DNA from: Paramecium tetraurelia
Taxonomy: Eukaryota
NCBI GenBank assembly: GCA_000165425.1
Contig: CT868430.1
Span: forward strand, 434,001-463,635
DNA: 29,635 bases
Reading direction: 5' to 3'
Made by a program: the position numbers and the translations under genes. The notes below the pieces were generated by a model. It was not told the DNA's origin, did no database searches, and was given only the letters and a program-made list of their open reading frames with translations. Below, piece by piece: positions 25,136-29,635 of the stretch (position 1 is its first letter; each line of letters opens with the position of its first letter).

Positions 25136-26083
25136 ATGTAAAATATAAATTCATTACAAAATTATTATATTTTACGGCTAATCTATTCATTAGGTGGAAT
25201 AACACTCATTTACTAGGTAATCAAATATTAATTTAAAAATTTCAAATACTTAATAAGAAATTGGAAATCTTGTAGCAAACCTATAAATTAAAAATAAAAT
25301 ATTCAGCAAAAGTTAGTTGAAAATGGTTCTTTATAAGTTTTAAACTAGCAAATAATCTATGGAAAAACAAAACAAGAAAACTTATCTTTATTACCTAGTG
25401 AAATATAATTAAATAGAGAATTCTTGGCTTTGAAAAGATAAAATACATTTCTAAATGATCCATGCTTCCTCTTAATAGATTCTCAAGATGACAATATTCA
25501 AATTAACTAATGTTCAGATATCATATTTAAGTCTAAGATTTATGAAAAAGTAGAAGGCAGGGATTTTAAATATGACAAAATATTAAAAGTTTTTGGATAT
25601 AATAAATTATTTTTTACAAACATAGTAGAATATAGAATTTAGGTACTTTATTCCTCTATTCATTAGTTTGGTACTCCTATATTTATTATAGGAGATTTGA
25701 TTATTAATAAAAATACAAAATCTGTTCGATGTTACAAACAATATTTTATAGGTGATTTGGGGATGATGAGAAAGTATCTGAAATTGTAAATAATAAAATA
25801 GTCTTGCCTTTTACTCGCTAGCTTATTTATTTTTAGTTATTTTTTGTATGATATTTATAGAGTGCATAAGAAAAAAAATAAAAAGTGTTCAAATCTATCA
25901 AAAATTATCATTTCTAAAGGCAATGATTCACTATAATGTTAAGAATGCAAAAAATAATTGATTGATACTTTTTTTTCTCCTTGTGGACATTTTAATTTAT
26001 GTTATGACTGTTCTAAACCTTACTAAAATTGTCCTAATTGTGGTGAATATGTGGAAGAAACAATACGAACATTTAAAAACTGA
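25136..26083 (+). CDS. Membrane-anchored RING E3 ligase with MUL1/MAPL/SP1-like architecture (~307 aa)
   Basis: N-terminal hydrophobic segment, GIDE-like GTPIFIIGDL, second TM (CLLLASLFIFSYFLY), C-terminal C3HC4 RING CQEC...FSPCGHFNLCYDC...CPNC; probable 24-nt intron 25643-25666; TGA 26081-26083. Confidence 0.8.
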
Positions 26084-26279
26084 TAAATCAAAAGTTTACA
26101 AATTTTATTGAATAATTTAAATAGTATTAAAGAGTTGTTATGAATAAGAAGCTAGAACTGATTTTCCTTGATAAAATTGGTATAAAAAAAAAAATAGCTT
26201 CTTTATTTATATTTATTTTTGATTTAATAACAAAGATATGCGAATATTAATTTTAAACTTTCATTTATATCTACACCCA

Positions 26280-27650
26280 ATCAATATAACTAAGTATATT
26301 GAAAAATTCTTGTGATTCAAGTGTTAGTTATTCTTTATATTGGCAGATTTATTTGTATTAATTTGGAGATTTATATTCTAAGAAGCGTAATTAAGACACT
26401 AGTGTGGAATCAAGATTTTTTCTCGTTGCTTAAAAAGGCAAGGTCAATTTCAACAGTTAACATTTATCAGTTCTTCAAAAAATTATATCGTTGTCGATAT
26501 TTTATCAAATTTATGTTGGTTAATTGTAAAAAAGAAAGGTGATACCCTCCTTTTATCAAGCTATCATATATTTTAGTGTGTTTTCTGTTCTGTTCAATAG
26601 ATTTCCTAGGAAATTTAATTCATCTTTATCTAAATTGTGTTATTTACGAATAAAATTGGAGTAAGACTTGAGGATCAAAATAGTTGTATTGTTCTTGAAA
26701 TTATTCTCTAATGATTTATAATTTTATTGAATTTACTGTTTACTTACCTCTTTCAATGGGCTAGTAATTTTTCTATTAGGTAATTTTGGCAATCTATTTT
26801 TCCTATTAGACTCCCTCAGAATATTGTAACATTTTTAGTTAAATCTTCGAAGGTTAGTTGCAATTTCGATTCTGCATAGATTTAGTTTTTAAGATTTTTT
26901 TGTAAAGAATGCATAACTATATCCACCAAAATAGTAGTTCAAAAATCATTCTTTAGCAAAGCAATATACTCTGTATTAAAGGGTTGCAAAGTTGAATTGA
27001 CAACATCATGCTCAATATTTTCATATTTTCCTTCGACTCGCAATCATTATAATCAATGTTCATCTCTTTGCAAGAATCAAATTCAGCTACTAATTACTCC
27101 TAACTCGAATTAATTAATTTTAGGGTATAATGTTCACTCAATATGTTTAACTTAATGCAGTAAATTATTACCTTTGGATGAAAATACACATTTGGATTGT
27201 ATCTATGTAATTTTAGCTAACCTAGACCATGGAATAATACTCATATGAGTAATAATGCAAATCCTATTAATCTAGTAATACAAAATGTCACAAAGTAAAT
27301 GCCAAATATACATGATTTTACGCTGCTTTTGATTATTTAATTTTCAATTTGTGCATTTTGAATACTTACACGTATATAAGTCATCATGATATCTTCTTCT
27401 AATTCAACATACTAGTCCGCATTTAAAACCTAAAGATTGTGTTGCTGTATTTCATTTTTTTGCAGCATAAGACTCACAGTTTGATGAAGTGATACTTGTT
27501 TATATTGTCTACTCTTTACTTATATGTTACCATCAAAGCACTTATTATAAAACTAATCGCTGCTTGGCTCTTCCAGAAATAGCCTGGTTATTTTGGCAAT
27601 ATTTGCGAATTTGACCAATATTTATAATAATTTTATGAAAATAGTAATAC
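26280..27650 (-). pseudogene. Degenerate coding-like region (one or more decayed genes)
   Basis: Residual splice donors (ag|gtaag near 26748, ag|gtaat near 27171) and partial open frames, but no intact model or recognisable domain. Boundaries approximate. Confidence 0.3.
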
Positions 27651-28199
27651 ATTAGAGTTAATTATAATTATTTTTTACTCACATCTAAACTCATTGATAG
27701 AAATACAAGTGGTAAATATGCTAGGATTACAAAAAATAATTTTAGGTAAATTGTTATGGGGATTGGACAGAGTTTAAATTATTTGCTAGTTTGTTTTGAT
27801 TGATATTTAGTAATTATTCATTCGTTATTTTTGATATGGGGTTTTTAGACATTAATATTCTTATTTTTTCTTCATTACATTAAATATTTGGGGATTTTTT
27901 TTAAAGATAAAAATTTTGAGCTTGCCTAAATATTCCCATATTTAAAGTAAGTTTCTTCATAGAGTTGTAGACAATAAATTGAATATTAAGTGATTCTCAG
28001 ATGTATTACAACATTTTTGGATATATATTTTGTTGATAAAGTTGAATTTTGTGTTAGTTGTATTTACTTATAAACACTAAAATTTGATAGTTTATGGAAT
28101 CAAATATTAGAATTTTTTTGCAAATCAAATCGATAATCAATTTTTTTGATGATGAATATTTACTTATTTTATAGATTGATTTTTTGTTTTAGTATAATA

Positions 28200-28515
28200 T
28201 TATATTATATCCTTTTTTGTAATAATGAATTTAAAATGCAACTATCCCCTTTATTGAAAGAATACCCTCAAGTCTGTTCCTATATGATTAATAAATTGTC
28301 CTTTAAAGATTTGAGCCACTTATGATTAAAATGTTAAGTGTCAGCTAGTTCGCGGTTATTTCAGAGGTAGCTAAATAATAGTTAAAAATAAACCATTTTT
28401 TTGAAGAAGGTTATGTTTAATAATTCCAAGTTCAAATTATGTTAGAATATCTTAATAACGATTTTCTACTTCCAATATTTGTTATATTTTCTTAACATCC
28501 CATAAAAGGATAGAA
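28200..28515 (-). pseudogene. C-terminal fragment of a Paramecium WD40-repeat family gene, truncated at its 5' side
   Basis: SILLWDVKKIQQILEVENRYQDILTQF...*...TFQSQVAQIFKGQFINHIGTDLRVFFQQRG/SCILN resembles the family tail (SIRLWDVK...RYKDILAQF...GALILKGEFIN.QGIDL..LFK.KGSCILE). In-frame TGA 28343-28341, frameshift near 28244. Confidence 0.75.
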
Positions 28516-28529
28516 ATTCGTAGGGAGCT

Positions 28530-28684
28530 TAGGAAAACCATTCATATTCCGGCCGCGCTGGCTAGGAAGATCCATCCATATTCCGGCCGCGCTGGCTAGG
28601 AAGATCCAGCATCCATATTCTGACCGCCCTGGCTAGGAAAATTCCAATTCATATTCCAGCCGCGCTGACTAGGAAAATCCAGCT
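28530..28684. repeat. GC-rich tandem array, 4.5 units of 33-37 bp, consensus TAGGAARATCCATYCATATTCCGGCCGCGCTGGC
   Basis: Units start at 28530, 28563, 28597, 28634 and 28670 (partial). TTCCGGCC-GCGCT-GGCTAGGAA across each unit boundary is an imperfect inverted repeat. Confidence 0.95.
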
Positions 28685-28869
28685 GTCCTTAACGTCGAGC
28701 AGTTGGTATCAGACCCGTTATTGGTGAATTTGAAAATTTGCAAAATTTACCATTTTTTAGTGAGGTAAACAAAAAAAACTAAATGGTGTTAAAAATTTTC
28801 TCTCTATTCCTATAAATTTAATATTGTATATCTTTGATAATAAAAAAAAATACTCATTAGTCTAATACT

Positions 28870-29290
28870 CTTAATATTTATTCTAAAACTACAGCTTGAG
28901 AAAAATATTCTCTCACCCTTTAATATTATAATTCTAAAATTTCAGGTCGAGGAACATATCCCGATTCTAATTTAATGATAAAAGTTTTTCTCGATTATTA
29001 GACTGTTATTAATGGCATTCTACATATTTTAGGAAAATTTTTTTTTAGTAAGAATATCAAATTTAATGTTGTCAATATAGCAATTCTAATTTTACAACTT
29101 GTGTGAAATATTAAATTAAATTTGTAAATGTAGCAATTCTAAAGCTACAGGTTGCTTATATAATTAGCTCTCTCAATAATCGTTTTAAATATTATAATTT
29201 AATGGCGTTTATTAGAAATTTATGTAGAGCTTTAGCTCTAATCTGAATTACAAACTAGAATGTGATGGCTTTTTACAAATTACAAGCTTA
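28870..29290. repeat. Degenerate AT-rich ~50-53 bp direct repeats, core TTCTAAWDYTWCARSTYG
   Basis: Cores at 28881 (ttctaaaactacagcttg), 28932 (ttctaaaatttcaggtcg), 29084 (ttctaattttacaacttg) and 29137 (ttctaaagctacaggttg). 29053-29101 aligns with 29107-29154 over its length; weaker copies near 29240-29290. Confidence 0.7.
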
Positions 29291-29392
29291 TTTATCGTAT
29301 AAGTTGTCTTAAATTCATAATTAGATAATATTAACGCCTATTTCAAATTTCAACCTAATTCAAAAAATACTAGACAACAAAATTAAAATTCG

Positions 29393-29635
29393 ATGATTGA
29401 ATACTTTTCAATAGAATTCACACTTCTGAATTTATACAGTTACAATTATTATTATAGATATTAAATGCATTTTTGAAGGTTACCTATGTTTTCAACACAA
29501 GAAAATTCCTGTGGAGCTTTCTTCTGTATTTCAATGTTCAGCTTGTCAAAGGTCTTTTTTTTGTTTTCCCTTCACTGGTTCCTGCCTTAAGGGTCACGAG
29601 AACCACGACAAATCAATTTCAGCCCCGTTCCAGCA
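29393..29635 (+). CDS. 5' part of a B-box-like zinc-finger ORF; runs off the window
   Basis: The frame from 29463 reads KCIFEGYLCFQHKKIPVELSSVFQCSACQRSFFCFPFTGSCLKGHENHDKSISAPFQ (C-x2-H...C-x2-C-x5-C-x6-C-x3-H-x2-H). A start at 29393 needs a 19-nt intron (29439-29457), so the start is uncertain. Confidence 0.5.

Larger units (their letters stand above)
28521..29635. mobile_element. Candidate end of a mobile or germline-type repeated element
   Basis: Abrupt junction with the truncated WD40 gene next to a TA (28521-22), two classes of internal direct repeats, then a GC-richer zinc-finger ORF. No transposase or RT and no second end in the window. Confidence 0.4.

Noticed and set aside
9089..26083. 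Functional cluster of mitochondrial genes
   Set aside because: The candidates are interspersed with unrelated genes on both strands and several assignments are tentative.
26312..26542. 76-aa plus-strand ORF from the track
   Set aside because: GTG start, no recognisable motif, and it lies in the decayed region.
28666..28680. Similarity of gactaggaaaatcc to the Tetrahymena rDNA topoisomerase I site
   Set aside because: Several mismatches over a short AT-rich motif, and no rDNA sequence in the window.
28530..28684. CRISPR array
   Set aside because: The linkers are only ~11-15 nt and similar to each other, the context is eukaryotic, and there are no cas genes.
28530..28710. HDV-like or hammerhead ribozyme, tRNA or rRNA fragment
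   Set aside because: Only a superficial CCAGCC..CGCTG resemblance; I could not build a nested pseudoknot, a CTGANGA/GAAA core, a cloverleaf or any rRNA motif.

Overview
AT-rich ciliate DNA, almost certainly Paramecium. ORFs open up only under genetic code 6 (TAA/TAG=Gln, TGA=stop) and are split by 22-30 nt GT..AG introns, so the supplied standard-code ORF track shows only fragments. Bases 1-26100 are gene-dense. They hold two tandem PAS/TmcB-C-like membrane genes, a coiled-coil gene, several probable mitochondrial genes (including mS41/IGR), a frameshifted B-box/coiled-coil gene, SEH1, CFAP77, a CPA1 Na+/H+ exchanger, a trichocyst matrix protein, a 54-aa single-TM microprotein, G-patch, LRR-ankyrin and MUL1-like RING genes, with decayed pseudogenes in between. 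After ~26100 the sequence is decayed. At ~28520 a WD40-family pseudogene tail is cut off by a GC-rich array of hairpin-forming 33-37 bp repeats, followed by ~50-53 bp degenerate repeats and a B-box ORF running off the window, which may be the end of a mobile element. Other notable points are an ATGA stop/start overlap (CFAP77/mS41), an 18-bp gap between head-to-head genes, two single-base frame anomalies and six stop-free 3n introns. All gene models were translated by hand and family names come from motif recognition, not database searches.
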